Positions 14,288-28,749 are shown, numbered from the stretch's first letter. The stretch is 64,000 nt of DNA from Octopus vulgaris (GCA_951406725.2 OX597830.1:79900033-79964032); one strand, 5' to 3'. Notes: generated from the sequence alone by a model not told the origin. Numbers and translations are program-made.

Positions 14288-14600
14288 ATCATCACCATCA
14301 TCATCGCTTAACGTCCGTTTTCCGTGCTAGCACGGGTTGGACAGTTTGACCGGGGTCTGCGAAGCAAGGAGGCTGCACCAGGCTCCAGTCTGATCTGGCA
14401 GTGTTTCTACAGGTTGATGACCTTCCTAACGCCAACCACTCTGTGAGTGTAGTGGGTGCTTTTTTCGTGCTTCCGGCACAGGTGCCAGGTGGGCTTGGAG
14501 CGGCAACGATCGGTTGGTGCTTTTTACGTGCCACTGGCACAGAAGCCAGTCAAGGCGGCTCTGGAATCGGCCACGTTCGGATGGTGCTTTTTACGTGCTG
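14288..14600 (-). mobile_element. SINE-like element with (GAT)n tail (RTE-type 3' end)
   Basis: (cat)n followed by cgcttaacgtccgttttccgtgctagcacgggttgg; three internal ggtgctttttacgtgc units. A related tail lies at 37120-37175(+). Confidence 0.7.
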
Positions 14601-15807
14601 AAAGGAAGCAACTGAAAGTAACAACCACACTCTTACCCGCGCGTAGAGCGGGTCACCTTCAGCTAGTATATATATATATATATATTGTTTCAGGGAGAAA
14701 AATATAGATCTATACAAATATACACATATACCCAAATCGAAGGTCGCTTAGACACACAAAGACGAACACACACACACACAAAGTGTATACATATATATGC
14801 ATGTATGTATGTATGCATATGTGCATGTAGGTAGGTATTTATGTATGTATGAATGCATGTAATATGTATGTATCTATGTATGCATGTATGCATGTATGTG
14901 TGTATCTATGCATTTGCGTGTGTGTATGTATATAGACAGGTAGATAGGGAGCACGGCAAGTACGTGTATACGTATGAAAATAGGTTCAACATATAATTAA
15001 TTGCTAATGATTTTGTTGCTGCATTTCTCGTTGCTACGGGTTGATGTTACATGGCAACGCCTGGGTATGTTTAAAATAGGGCAGGGTATTTATGAGAATT
15101 TCAACAAACATTTCAAATCGAATACAAACAAATTAAATAAATCTACATGAATTCCGAGAGAGATAAAGGAGACTGAACGTGGTTTTATGCGTGAGAGAAT
15201 GTGCACATGTGTGAGTGCGTGCCTGTATGTGTATGTGTGTGTGTGTTATTTATGTATTTACATGTCAAAACCTATTATGGTATTTGTCATCCTTGTTTCA
15301 CTTTGCAGCTAACAACCAATGTATCATAGTATTAAATTGAAAAGGATTTTTAAATGCTTATAGCTAAATCCACACACTAATATTCCCTTACATACCCAAT
15401 ACCAAGATGGAAATATCTGCGCTCCTACAGGTCATGCATCACCAAAATTAGGGAGTACTTTTGAGCCTTCTTCGAAGACTACATTCAACTTCCAGAAAAC
15501 GCTGCCAAGATTATCATTGTTTTATCCTGCATTTATCGTGAATATAGTTCAATGTTTATTTGCTGAAATATCATTTGCCCAGACAGAAGTTGATTTCTAT
15601 ACAAAGATATTTGTGATTATTCATTGAATTAGGAAGTAAAAATAATAATACAACGTGTAGGTTTGTTTAAAATAGAGCAGAACATGATTCACCGATTAAT
15701 TATGAGAATGTGAGCAAGAATCTCAAATGGAATACAAAGAACTATATCAAAACTGCATGGTACTTGAATTACGGGCGACAATAAGGATATTAAATGTCGC
15801 TGCATAC

Positions 15808-15890
<83 letters not shown>

Positions 15891-17034
15891 TGTGTGTGTG
15901 TGTGTATGTGAGTGTGTGTGTGAGAGTATGTGAGTGCTTGTGTGTCTGATTGATATATTTACCTCTCAAACCCTGTAATCCTACACATCCTTCCTTGTTT
16001 CACCTTACAGCTAGCAACCAGGGCAGTTTAATTATATATGCATGCATGCATACATGTATGTATGTATGTATGTATGTATGTATGTTTGTATGTATATGTA
16101 CGTATGTATGTATATGTACGTAGGTATTTATGTGTGTATGTTTGTATGTATATATCGATGTAACCATGTATGCACGTGTGTGTATGTATGTGATTTGCTT
16201 TCTCTTTTCAATATTGACCGGGCAGCTACATATTATCAAGGTTTTAAAGAAAAGTTTCTAAGTTTAACCGAAAATATGTCCCATGCAATCAGTAACCCCT
16301 AAAATGTTTTCAGACTGCTAGGGCTTCACTGTATCTTTCGCTTATTAATTATTTCCTATCAATCTCTCGTTTTTGCATTTCAAATGCTTTGCCTTCGAAT
16401 TGCGATGTGATGTGGCGGAGACTTTCATTTAATTAGAAATATCTGCTAATCAAAACATTGTATACCGTGTCGCTACAGCTTCCAACAATTATAATTCCGT
16501 TAATTATCTTTTCCTGTTACTCATCTCTCTCACCCTCAACAGGCTCGACAGCGATAAAACGTATTTTTGAGCAATATCTTAACAATAGTTATCGATGTTA
16601 AGTCTGTATGTCAATATTTACGAATACATTTACGCCTGCACGAACATACACACACACGCATATATATGCATGACAAATTCCGATAAACTCAAGGCTAGAT
16701 TGTTCGTTCCAACGTACGTTTCACTATTCTAGTTCTTTGCGACACTGCATTGGATGTTTCAAGTGGAATGGATTCTTAACAACAACGGATCATCAGGGAA
16801 CATCTTACTGCATCACGTTATATACGCCTAATGTGTTGAGTTGGGCAGATGGCGCGAGATTTTATAAGAATTTTGAGGGGAAGGATGAAAAAGATATGAT
16901 CAGAGAAAGATAAAGGGAGACGAAGAAAGAAAGAAAAATGTGAGAGAGAAAACGACAATATTGTAATTATAAAAAGAAAGAATGAAAGATGAGAAGGACT
17001 GAAGTGGAAAACTGAATAAAAATTAAACAAAATA

Positions 17035-17488
<454 letters not shown>

Positions 17489-17677
17489 ATCATGTTAAGA
17501 GAAATAGTAAAGACACAAATAATAAATAAAAAAATGAATAAATAAATAAATAAATAAATACTCGCCAAAACATAAAGTAGACGAGAGACAGAAAGTAAGC
17601 GTGGTGAGAAGGAGAAAGCACATGAAAGAGGGAGGGGGAAGGAAGAGGACTATAAAAAGTCTATGTTTGGAAATGGT

Positions 17678-18495
17678 CAGTCTGTGAAAAGTAAAGGAAA
17701 TAGTTTGAAATTATATTTAAGTGAAATGATAAAGGGAGAATAAATACTCCTCAAAACAATAGAGGAGAGAAAGGAAAGAAAGATGGTGAGAAAGAAAGTA
17801 CAGAAGAGAGGGAGGGGGATGTAAGACAGGTATAAAGATGGGTGTCTTTGGAAATGGTCAGTCTGCGAATTGATTGACAGAGAGCATTAGCAGTTGGAAA
17901 ATAAATATAAATATACCCGAATATATGAATAATAGTAGGGTATGATCATTCAGGGCATAAGTACCGGAAGGACTATTTCAATGTTGCAAAAGGACTAAAT
18001 CGTAACACGTATATATATATTGTTTGAGGGAGAAAAAGATAGATCTATACAAATATACACATACATCCACATCGAGGGTCGTTTAGACACCCAAAGACGA
18101 ACACACACAAAATAAGTGTATATATATATATGCATTTTATATCTATGTACATATGTGTGTATTCATTAATGCATGCATGTATGTAGGTGTGTATTTATGT
18201 ATGTATGAATGCATGTAATATGTATGTATGTATCTACGTATGTATGTATGCATGTATGTATGTATGCATATGCATGTGTGTATGTATATAGGTAGATAGG
18301 GATCACGGCAAGTATATATGTATACCTAGGAAGATAGATTCAACCTAAACTGTAGTGTTAGTGGTTTTGTTGCTGCATTTCTCGTTCATACAAGTCGTTT
18401 GTACTCAGCAATATCGGGGTATGTTTAAAATAGGGCAGGGTATGAATCGGCGAATATTTATGAGAATTTCAATAAAAATTTTGAAATCGAAATGA
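17678..18495. repeat. Tandem duplication A, partial and more diverged third copy
   Basis: Colinear with 7697-~8490, with more substitutions in its distal half. Confidence 0.85.
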
Positions 18496-18669
18496 AACAA
18501 CGTTTGCAAAACTAAGTTTTCTGGATTAGTTTGATAAGGCTTCCTCTATTAGAATATATTCCATCCACTTCGGGACAGTTTTGTAACTTCCATACTACTC
18601 TAACCAAATACCCACATACCCACGTGTTGTGGTGGACTACGAACTATATATATATAGCTACACGTATTT

Positions 18670-18873
18670 ATTTGTGTGTTTGTCCCACACCATTGCTTGA
18701 CAACCGATGTTGGTACGTTTACTTCCCCGTAATCTACCGGTTTGGGAAAAAAGACTGATAGAATAAGCACCAGGCTTTCAAAGAATAATTCCTGGGGTCG
18801 ATTTGTTCGACTAAAGGCGGTGCACCAGTATGGCCGCAGTTAAATGACTGAAACAAGTAAAAGAATAAAAGAA
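18670..18873 (+). mobile_element. 3' half of the same SINE family
   Basis: gcttgacaaccgatg...aaggcggtgcaccagtatggccgcagttaaatgactgaaacaagtaaaagaat. Confidence 0.8.
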
Positions 18874-18989
18874 TGTGTATTTTTTTCATTCTTATTCTAC
18901 TACATTCTATTGCATCCTGTTGCTTTCTATTTTTATCTTTATACATATATAAAGCATATTTTATGTTTTATATTTGTACGTTTTTATGA

Positions 18990-21900
18990 TTCCCGGCTTC
19001 CGATGGAGACCTGGCTACTGATAGCTAAGGTCCTTGTTGATGGTAGTTCGGGTCATCTTCCCTAATTTATACGGCGGTAATTCTTGCCTAGCGCTTCCAT
19101 GTCGCGGTGCAGGTACTGTGAAAGTAGCAGCCAAGTTCAGGCAAGGGCCCTGTATTACGGAGTATAACGCTTCTTCGTGGTAAGGGTTACGACTGAAGGT
19201 CAACTGTGTTTCGGTGAATGTGGGCGTAGATATCCTTTCTGTGAGATGGTGAAAGAGCATTCAGAAATAGCTCTGTTCGCGAGCAGATGGAGCTCATTAG
19301 CCTTGAGAGGCAATCTTTCTACGAGATGGAAACTCCAACCTAAAACCTTGCCCAAGTGAGTAGCAACCTGGATTCCGGCAACTAGCTGCAATTTCTTGAC
19401 AGCTTTTGGTCGTCTTGGACATTTCTCTTGTCACCGAAGTACTGCTGAACAAGAGTCAGGTGCATGCGAATGGGACTAACTGCCCGTCCCATCACCCTAT
19501 ACAACTCCGTGCGTAAGCTTTGTTCTCACACCTCTTATCCCACCTTCTTGGTGGTGCAGGCAAGACGGTGGTCTCGATGTGACTCTGGGACTTCACACCG
19601 ATTTTTGTCCTATCTGTGTGACCAGGAGGATCTTTTGTAGACTCTCAGCGCCTCAGTTGAGGAGAGGCTTAGGAAATGTAGTCTAAAAGATGTCAGACCT
19701 TTTACCTAGCTAGAATACCGCACCTGGCAAGCCATCTCCATACTGCGGTCGAAGATTAATAAGAAAACCATCACAATCTCTCATTTTTTGCTACATGGAA
19801 TATACGAACTTTGATTGACCGTGATGACCACGATCGACCCAACCTTAGGACCGCGCTCATCGCCTTTTAACTGAAAGGGTGCAATGTGGATATGCATTCA
19901 GCATAACAAAATTCTCTGATGACGGATCTCTCACTGAAGTTGATGAAAGATACATATACTTCTGGAAAGGACTTTTTCAAATCAAAAATAGAATTCATAG
20001 TGCAGGATTTGCTGTCCGTTGGTCTTTACTGGAGAACATCTCTTCGATTTCAACCGATATAATTGAACGGCAGATGACCTTTCGAATTCTCCTCAGTAAC
20101 AAAGTACATGCCACTATCTTCAGTGTATATTCCCCGACGTTAGGCATTAATGAAGAAACTAAAGACGCCTTCTACCAGTCTCTACACTCAGCTTGGAGGA
20201 GGATACACCTTCGCTCCAAGATATGGCATCTCCTCAATTACGTGAGTGTTCGTCAAAATGATCAGAACGATGCCTTCTACATCAAATACAAGCGCGGTGC
20301 AGAATGTTAGGCCGATCCCCATACGATGCGCGCACCTATGTCTTCAAATCCGCCCTCCGGCCAGAAAAAGCAAAAGTGTTTCCAAAACAAAACACACTGA
20401 GCTCCAAAAACAAAAAAACGTCGCTACTGTCTGCCCAGTTGTTCTAGTTCTTCCAGTTCTACAAGAACTCCCTCGCAATATGGAAAATAACATAGGGAAG
20501 GAATCGAGGTCGAACAGAATCAGAATGAACTCAACTTACTCTGGAACTCTGCGCTCTCCATCATTCGACACACCCACTCTGAACCCACTATTGGAAAATC
20601 CCACATGAAGAACTCAAGGGGTTGGATAATGCAGACATTATCCAACCACTTTTGCAGGCGAAAAACCGTGCTCATAACGCCCACCTCGCAAATCTTCATT
20701 TCTTAGTCCCAAACTAGCATAACCTTAGGGCTGAGGCCCCACAGAATGGTTGGTGGCTCCGCAACTCCGAAAAGATCCAACAATTCGCTGAAGAAAAGAA
20801 AACTATGAACTCTCGGACCCGTTCAAAGACAACTTCGGTCCTTCGCATTGCCTGATTGCACCTATCTGTATCGCTGACGGCTCTACTCTAATTAAAGAAA
20901 ACAATAAGAACCTTAACGATGGACAGATACGTCGATTTTAGATGAGCTTCCAAAACTTCAAATCATCGAAGAAATAGCAGCTGAACTCAGTCAAGACGAA
21001 GTCTAGAAGGTACTGCACTCCCAAAAGAATAAGAAGTCTCCTGACGAAGACTGTATCCCTGGAGAGGTTTGGAAATACGGCGGACCGCAACTTGCATCAT
21101 ATCTTCACCCTTTCCTAGTTCTCTGTTGGAAAAACAAACAAACAAAAATTAATACCAATCATTATTTGCATTTATAAAAGAAAAGGCAATCGATCCGACT
21201 GCAGTGACAGCAGAAGCCTCTGGATGTGTCTTGCAACATTCTTGCACGCATTATTCTCCGCCATCTTCTTATCTTCGTGTCGGACCGCACCATCCCTGAA
21301 TCTCAATGTGGTTTATATGAGCACAATTGATTTGATATTTGGTGCACGCTTACTTCTCGAAAAATGCAGAGAACAACAAAAATGAATTTTGGTTTCTTCG
21401 ATATGACGAATGCGTTTGACACCGTTGATTGTGACATTTTATGGAAAGTGTGGCTATCCTCCAACTGCTTTAACTTTCATCCGCAAATTCCACAACGGAA
21501 TGCTAGCCAGAGTCTGTCTTGGTGGAGCGTCTTCAGAACAATTTAGAGTTAAACCAGGAGTCAAACAGGGTTGCGTTCTCATTCCTGTTTTGTTCAGCAT
21601 CTACATAGCTGTAACTCTCCTCTCCTAGGTCCAAGAGAGTACCGACGATAGCATAAGAACCCGTTATCGCTATGATGGCAGTATTTTCAAGACCCACCGG
21701 CTCAAAGCGAATTCTCTAGCATCAACAGATATTTGAGCTCCGGTATGCAAATGTTACCGCTGCCACTGCTCAGGAAACAGCCTCACTCCAGCGATTCTTA
21801 AGTGCCATGGATGAAACCTATATTCGTTTGGGTCTTAACATCAACATAAAAAACACAACGAGATCATTCAAACGTATTTAATAAAAAAAAAACACATCCA

Positions 21901-22380
21901 GCAACATAACTATATATAAACGACACGCTTCTGTCAAATGTTGACTCTTTTAACCACCTAGGTAAAATGGACATATCACAAAATGGACATATCGTCGATG
22001 ACGTTCTACGACGGATCACCTCCTCCTCCTTTGGACGCCTCCGAAAATGAGATTCCGGGATCATCTTTAGCTTGTCCTTAACTCCCGCAACATTCAACCG
22101 GCACAACTTGAATACTTTGCTCACAACCGGCAAATCTGGCGTTCCCTCAGCGACGAAGGAGCTTCACACTTTGAACTAATCCGACGTGAGAGACTTGAGG
22201 AAAAGAGACTTCAACGTCATTTCAGACTCCCCATCAACATAATGCGCAGCTTCCCTTGTCATCTGCGTTCAAGGACATGCCAATACAGGATCAAATTGTT
22301 TTCACATCGGTCAACTCACAAAATGTAGGATAAGACTCCTAGAGGACAATGTCGTCGTTAACATTGACGGATAGCTATAA
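18990..22380 (+). mobile_element. Near full-length decayed RTE-clade LINE (APE + RT)
   Basis: FATWNIRTL..RTALIA (19785-19865), YFWKG, SVYSPTL, KSPDEDCIPGEVWKYGG, PESQCG, FFDMTNAFDTV, GVKQGCVL.P.LF, GLNINIKNT. Many stops and frameshifts; GC-richer 5' UTR. Confidence 0.88.
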
Positions 22381-22482
22381 ACAAATATATTTGTATGTAC
22401 ATTTGTGCACGTATGTGTATGTTTTCATATCTATCTATCTATCTATATATTATCTTCTATATATCTATCTGTCTATATATAC

Positions 22483-22592
<110 letters not shown>

Positions 22593-22918
22593 GTGCATAT
22601 ATGTATACAAAAGCCCATTTTACCGAATTTACTCATTTAGTATGGGCTACGTCACACTTCAATGCGTTTCGTGTACTTTATTTGTCGAATTTATGTTGCA
22701 ATATTATGTTGACTGATTGTTATTGAGAAGATATTCTGTTTGAGTTTATAAATGTGAGAATGTGTTGCGTCTCTCACATGTAATCTAGAAAGACTGCTTC
22801 AAATGTTGGCAGTGGAATCTGTTTTATCATATTTAATGACTTTGTTGTTTATCGTCAAGCTGTAACTGATCGCTCTGATCCCTTATCAAAGGTTTTTTAA
22901 ATCGTGATCATTCCCCAT

Positions 22919-23192
22919 TTAAGAAACACACAAAACCGTTAGATTCACTTCAACATTTATATTTAATTTGTCAAAATATTTTCGTCGCTTTAGCAACGAA
23001 GCTTTGTCAGTGAACAGGTCGCGGTCTCAAAGCGATGAAAATATTTTGACAAATTAAATTTAAATGTTGAAGTGAATCTAACGGTTTTGTGTGTTTCGTA
23101 AATGGCTTATAAACAACTTCCACGCTGCAATTGTTTTCGTTCCAGCACACGATCTCAGATCAAGTCGTTCGCTATGCAAGTACATCTCCGTA
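22919..23192 (+). mobile_element. 274-bp fold-back PLE-like insertion with 12-bp TSD (second copy 30190-30463)
   Basis: TSD atcattccccat at 22907-22918 and 23193-23204; ~70-bp inverted arms; hammerhead motif in the right arm. Confidence 0.8.
23003..23053 (+). ncRNA. Hammerhead-like motif with G3-C8 core variant (second copy 30274-30324)
   Basis: tttgtca-GTGAACA-g-gtcgc[ggtctcaaa]gcgat-GAAAA-ta-TTT-tgacaaa: 7-bp stem I, 5-bp stem II, palindromic stem III. Confidence 0.65.
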
Positions 23193-24224
23193 ATCATTCC
23201 CCATATTTTTGCAGAAATAAAGTAACTCCTACTTGCTGGTGTTTTAATCAAAGAATTCCATTTAAAAATCTATAACTAATTGTTTTTCTGGGTAGTTTTT
23301 GATAGTCTATTCCGATATTAATTGCAAAAGACTGATTAAGAAACCACGGAAATATAGTTTTATTAATTTGCTAACCCAACCCCAACAATGTCTTTACTTT
23401 TGAAGTTTTTTCGAAATTCCTTTTATATATTTTCGTTTCAATGTTTAAAACAGGACAGTATGATACATACGTTCTTTATTAAAATTTGAAAATAATTTAC
23501 AAATGGAAAAGCGATATATTCAGAAAAATTTCGAGGATTCACGGTTTATGATACAAATTATTGTGTGTGTGTGTGTGTGTGTGTGGTTTCGATGTTGTGA
23601 ATTGTGACAAGAACCAATTTATTCGCATATTACATTTAAAATACTTGAATTATCTATTTAACAGTATTCCAAAATCGGTGCCAAACACGAGGGCATTGTA
23701 CAGATGCGCCAACCACACACACAAACACACACGCCAGGTGGCAGTATTACAAATATTGAGAAGCATTGCCATGCCATTTTAGAGGGCTGCTTTCAGCACG
23801 CAGAAGGCACAGAGAAGTTGGGCTTTCATGATACTTCATGCTACTTTATCAGTCCCAACATACTGAAATATTTCACTAATGAATATATGGGTAACATGAA
23901 GCTCAAATATATTTTTTGGGAGCTACATCAACAATTGGCAAACCCTTCATCATGTACAAAAAATTGTGTGTAAAAAAAATGTAGTATGTGGAGTCTTATT
24001 TGTAGAAAATAGAAATAAACAGTCTTTGACTTCTATTTCTAATTTTTTCGGTATGTGGCTGAGCAACATGTTGCCTGCCTTTTTTCATTTATATACAAAA
24101 TATATATTGAACTTTTATAGAAGTTTCCACCGTTAATGGTTATATTTACATGCCGAAATCTTCCGGTAAATAATTGTTGTTTTTTTTTAAAACCATTAAA
24201 GCTATTGTTTACTCTTATTATACA

Positions 24225-24304
<80 letters not shown>

Positions 24305-24989
24305 GAGGAGTGCAATGAATTGCAAACTTTTGCTTTTATCTATCCTTTTGCTTAAATTAATATTCCTGGAGAAGTTTAAATTACAATGTGTTCTTTGGTT
24401 ACATCGCAATTACTCAAGACTAGCATAATTCAAATTAGGGTAGAAAAAGTATCAATTAAAAATTACAGCAAGCATAATTTGCAGAATAAAACTGCTAGAG
24501 ACGCAATGCACAAATACAGTTTTCCGGAAACTTGACTCTCCAGTGACATTTCTGTTAATTAACAAACGCTTGAACAATAATGCAGCAAGTACAGCTACAA
24601 TATAATCATCAGTAGTTCATTGGTTTGCAATCACTCCTTGATTTTGAAGGAGCATTAAACTCGTAGCAATATCCTTATCAGGGATGGAAGGTCAGGTCGA
24701 GGACGGAGGATAGCATAAAACACTTGAAGGAGGAATAAGTCGATTAAATAAGTACCAGTTACGCACTGGGGTTGATGTAATCAACTCTATCCCTTTGCCA
24801 GTCCTTGTTTAGCCACAAGGGCAATAAAGAAAAAAATGTAGTTGCTCAGGCCTAAATTACTCTAATTTAAAAAGAGAAAAAGAAATACGTACATGCATAC
24901 AGACACATATTTACATCCATACATAAATATATGCACTCATAACCACATACATGCATACAAGCATACACACACACACACACTCATAAGCA

Positions 24990-25600
24990 CATTATTAAGA
25001 TGTGGTCCAAAAGCACATTTTATCGCTGTCGATCTTGTCGAGGATGACTGAGATGAGCAGCAGAGAGAAAGATAATTAACGGTATTTTAATTATAGGGAT
25101 TTGTAGTGAGAGTGTTCGTATTGTCTGGATTGGGAGGTATCTCTAATAAAAACAACGAAAAAACCCCAGCTAGACTTAATAAAAAAACATTATAAACTGG
25201 TATTTATTTTATGAAGCCATGAAAGGTAAAGTCGACATCAGAGGATTTTCTACTCAGAGCGTAGACACGGACGAAATACCGTTAAGTATTTTGCTCGAAG
25301 TGCTAACGATTCTGCCAGCTCGCCGTCTGAAGGAAGATAATCCTATGGACATGAAACATCTGTTGCAATCTTGACCACTACAACACATCACAATACAACG
25401 ACAATGCGTTTGCAATCCAAGAAAATGAAGTTGCGATAAAATACCTAACAAACAAAAGAGATAGTGATCTCTTGAAGCTGCAAGAAATTGTTTATTATGC
25501 CGTGTTTCTGCGCAACATTTCGTTCGTAAGATTAGCAGCTGCTCAAAAATATCACCAAAGTACTCCTTTGATGACTCAGAGGATGCACGTCGACACTTGG
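24990..25600 (+). mobile_element. Ancient R4/Dong-type LINE relic interrupted by a SINE (duplicated in copy 2)
   Basis: TSQYNDNAFAIQENEVAIKYLTNKR. A minus-strand tRNA-SINE fragment sits at ~25215-25325. Confidence 0.55.
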
Positions 25601-25699
25601 CACTTAAATAATGTTGCCGAAGGGATACGACATTGAAAGGCAGTCTGGATTGATATTAAACCTCTGCTGCCTTGTTTTCGTTTTAGGTATTGGCGTTGT

Positions 25700-26100
25700 A
25701 CGTCACTGTTGGTGTGGAACTTGTGTCTGCTGGTTAGCATGTTTGGGGTTTTCACATCAATAGTTCGGATCTCATCGAGCGTCCAACCAGCCTAAATGTT
25801 GGTATGAGTATTGGCACAGCAAATACATTTTGAGTCACTGTTTTTTTTTTCTGAATGCAGAGTTCTGGGTCCAAATGTTTTTTATTCGACTATAACATTC
25901 TTTAATGACACATGATTTGTTGTTACATGTGTCATTGTATGATATGTTCTCTTCCACCCCTTGGTGCCTGTAACATCCCTCATCAGATATAGAGGAAACA
26001 GTTAAGTCAGTGTTGGAAATTTTGCTAGTCTTGCTTACAGCATCCCTCATTTCACAATCATGTAGCAACATTTATTCTGGCCAAACTGCAGCTCTGTAGC
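25700..26100 (-). mobile_element. Degenerate R4/Dong-type RT-thumb fragment (duplicated at ~32965-33365)
   Basis: YRHQGVEENISY..NKSCVIKECYSRIKNIW resembles YKYLG.DENISY..KEYY.R..KIW. Confidence 0.6.
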
Positions 26101-26522
26101 CTTTGAGAATGTACGTATGTTTTTATTCAGTTTTATTTCAAGATTTCTTGCCAAAAGAGAAAGGGCCGGTTTCCTAACAAAAATCCAAGGCTCTTTCATT
26201 GTAATTTTAGCATCAACAACAGGATATTTTTGTGTGTATGTATATATGTATACGTACAGATTTGTGTCTTTTGTGTATGTATGTATGTATGTATGTATGT
26301 ATGTATGTATGTATGTATGTATCTATGCATGTGTGTATGCATATATATCTATTTATGTATGTATGTAAGCATTTATGTATGTTCGCCAGTATTCAGTTTT
26401 ATTCAGTTTTATTTCAAGCTTTCGTGACAATAGAGGAGCCGGATTCTAACCCAGAACCAATTCTTCTTCATTTGAATTTCAAAAATATAAATCAAATATT
26501 TGTGTATGTGCAAATTTTTATG

Positions 26523-26719
26523 TTTTGTTTTATGTATGTATTCCAATGCTTATACTTGCATATCTAGACATACTCATATATACTTAAATGATAAGCCTCT
26601 GGAAAATTTTATAAGATATTTTTTGTTTTAGGTATGTATTCCAATGCATATACTTGCATATCTAGACATACTCATATATACTTAAACTATAAGCCTCTGG
26701 AAAATTTTATAAGATATTT
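26523..26719. repeat. 98-bp tandem duplication (also present in copy 2 of duplication B)
   Basis: ttttgtttta..gtatgtattccaatgc...ttttataagatattt occurs twice. Confidence 0.9.
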
Positions 26720-27640
26720 AGAGTTCCATAGATTGCTTGGATATGTAGTCTTCGAATTAGCTTTCTTCTTTCTGAGTTTGAGAAGTCCAATTACTCAAGA
26801 CTGGTATTTTCGCATTGTGTTATATATACTAGTGCCCTAATAATTACAGGTATAAACACGAACTTGTAATCTGATTAGAGTAACTGCAGATTTTGCGTAG
26901 GTATTTTATTTTTCAGCGTATTTTCTCTTTCGCTTCTCTTCGGCTTTATGTTAACATCTGCAGGGGAGTTGATTTCCACAACTATACACAGTCTCTCTTC
27001 TCTATCCCAAATGATTATACCACGTATAATATGTTTATAATTTATTGAGGTTTCCAGAGGAGCATTTCACCAGTACTCCTTTTTATTATAAATGGATATG
27101 GAGTCTACCATACCGTGGGTTCTTCTTTGTTCTCGGGTTTATGCTTCCGACGGAACTCGTTATATACAATGTCCTAGCTACTACATCATATCTCATCGGT
27201 AGCTAATACTGTGATGACATTTTCGAACAACTGCATAGGTTTTCATATATTACTGCTTTTCATGTATCTCTCTTCTTTTGTGCATCGTATATTTGTTTGA
27301 TATTTCATATCCCTGGATTGCAACCGCATACCCTTCAAGTGAAGGTGGGAAGTAGGAATCTGGTTGCTGGTCTATAATAGACTGCTTTAGTGACAAATGT
27401 TACTATTATCTCGGTGCTTCCTACTCACATATACATGCATGGGCTTCTGCTGATATGCGCTCATCTTTTCATCTGATGACATACCGTGGTAGAGTCGTGC
27501 GGCTTTTTTGATATGTATTTAAGCTTATCAGACAAGAAATGCTGCTCAAGGAGCCGCTTTCCAAGTCTTATGATCTTAGCCTCATATATGCAAACCTGGT
27601 CAAGAGATGCACTTAGACATTTGGTGGTTAAAAGATTATG
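26720..27640 (-). mobile_element. Degenerate R4/Dong-type LINE 3' portion (duplicated at ~34015-34930)
   Basis: Minus strand SHFEGYAVAIQ..EI..KY followed by RLE-region remnants. Confidence 0.6.
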
Positions 27641-28562
27641 CATGTATGTCTGTATGTATGCATGTATGTATGTATATAAGCATGTACGTATATATATATA
27701 TATACGTATGCATTCATGTATTTATATATGCATATGTATCCATAAATTTATGTATCTATGTATATAAGCATGTGTTTATGTATGTGTGTATGCATGTATA
27801 TATGTATGTATGTGTGTATGTATGTATATATGTATGTATGTATATATGAACGGATGAATGGATGGATGTACGGATGGATGTCTACATGAATGTATATTGG
27901 ATTACGTAAGTATACAAATTTTGTCATTTGACCTGTCATGTTAGTGTATTCTTAAGTTTTGTCACGATTAGAATGCATTGTATGATCTTATATAGGAGTG
28001 GCAAATTGCAGCTGTCACGGCCTCCTGATAAATAGATTTGACTTTCGGTTTAAGGTTACCGTTTTTCTTTATAATCAGTATGACCTCTGTTATACTTCAA
28101 TGCGCTTCACTATTGAATGTGTGGGTGTGAGGTTAAGACCGCATCATTCTACTTAAAGAAACTGAATTGAACAGTTTGGCTTTGATGAAGTGACTTGAAA
28201 TTTGGCAATCGTATGTATCTGTTTTATGATTATTTTGTTTATCCTGAAACCTTTGGCTAATTTTCTGATCCCTGATCAAATGCTTTCGAACTTTTGCAGA
28301 AATGATGTAACACATGCTTCGTTATCTGTGAACTCTTAGGAATGTTAATCAATTCCTTTTAAAAATCTATAATTTATAGTTTCTCCCTGTAGTTTCGACA
28401 CTATTCCGATATTTTAAAAACAATATTGTTTTTATTAACTTTTCATCCAACTACACCACAAAATCTTCACTTTTGAACATTTTCGAAATTCATTTTATAT
28501 GTTTGTATTCCTACATTTAAACAAAATATGATTCAGACGTTCTTTTTCAAAATGTCAAAATA

Positions 28563-28607
<45 letters not shown>

Positions 28608-28749
28608 CATACATACATACATACACACATACATACATACATACATGCTTGCATGAAAACATACAAACATACATACATACATACACATATGCAAACAGTG
28701 ATAATCACCCACACATGTCTTGCAAACAACTTGCACATGCAAGTGCTAC

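Noticed and set aside
18990-19780. HDV-like ribozyme in the RTE 5' UTR
   Set aside because: Plausible by precedent, but I could not assemble the nested double pseudoknot by eye; it needs a descriptor search.
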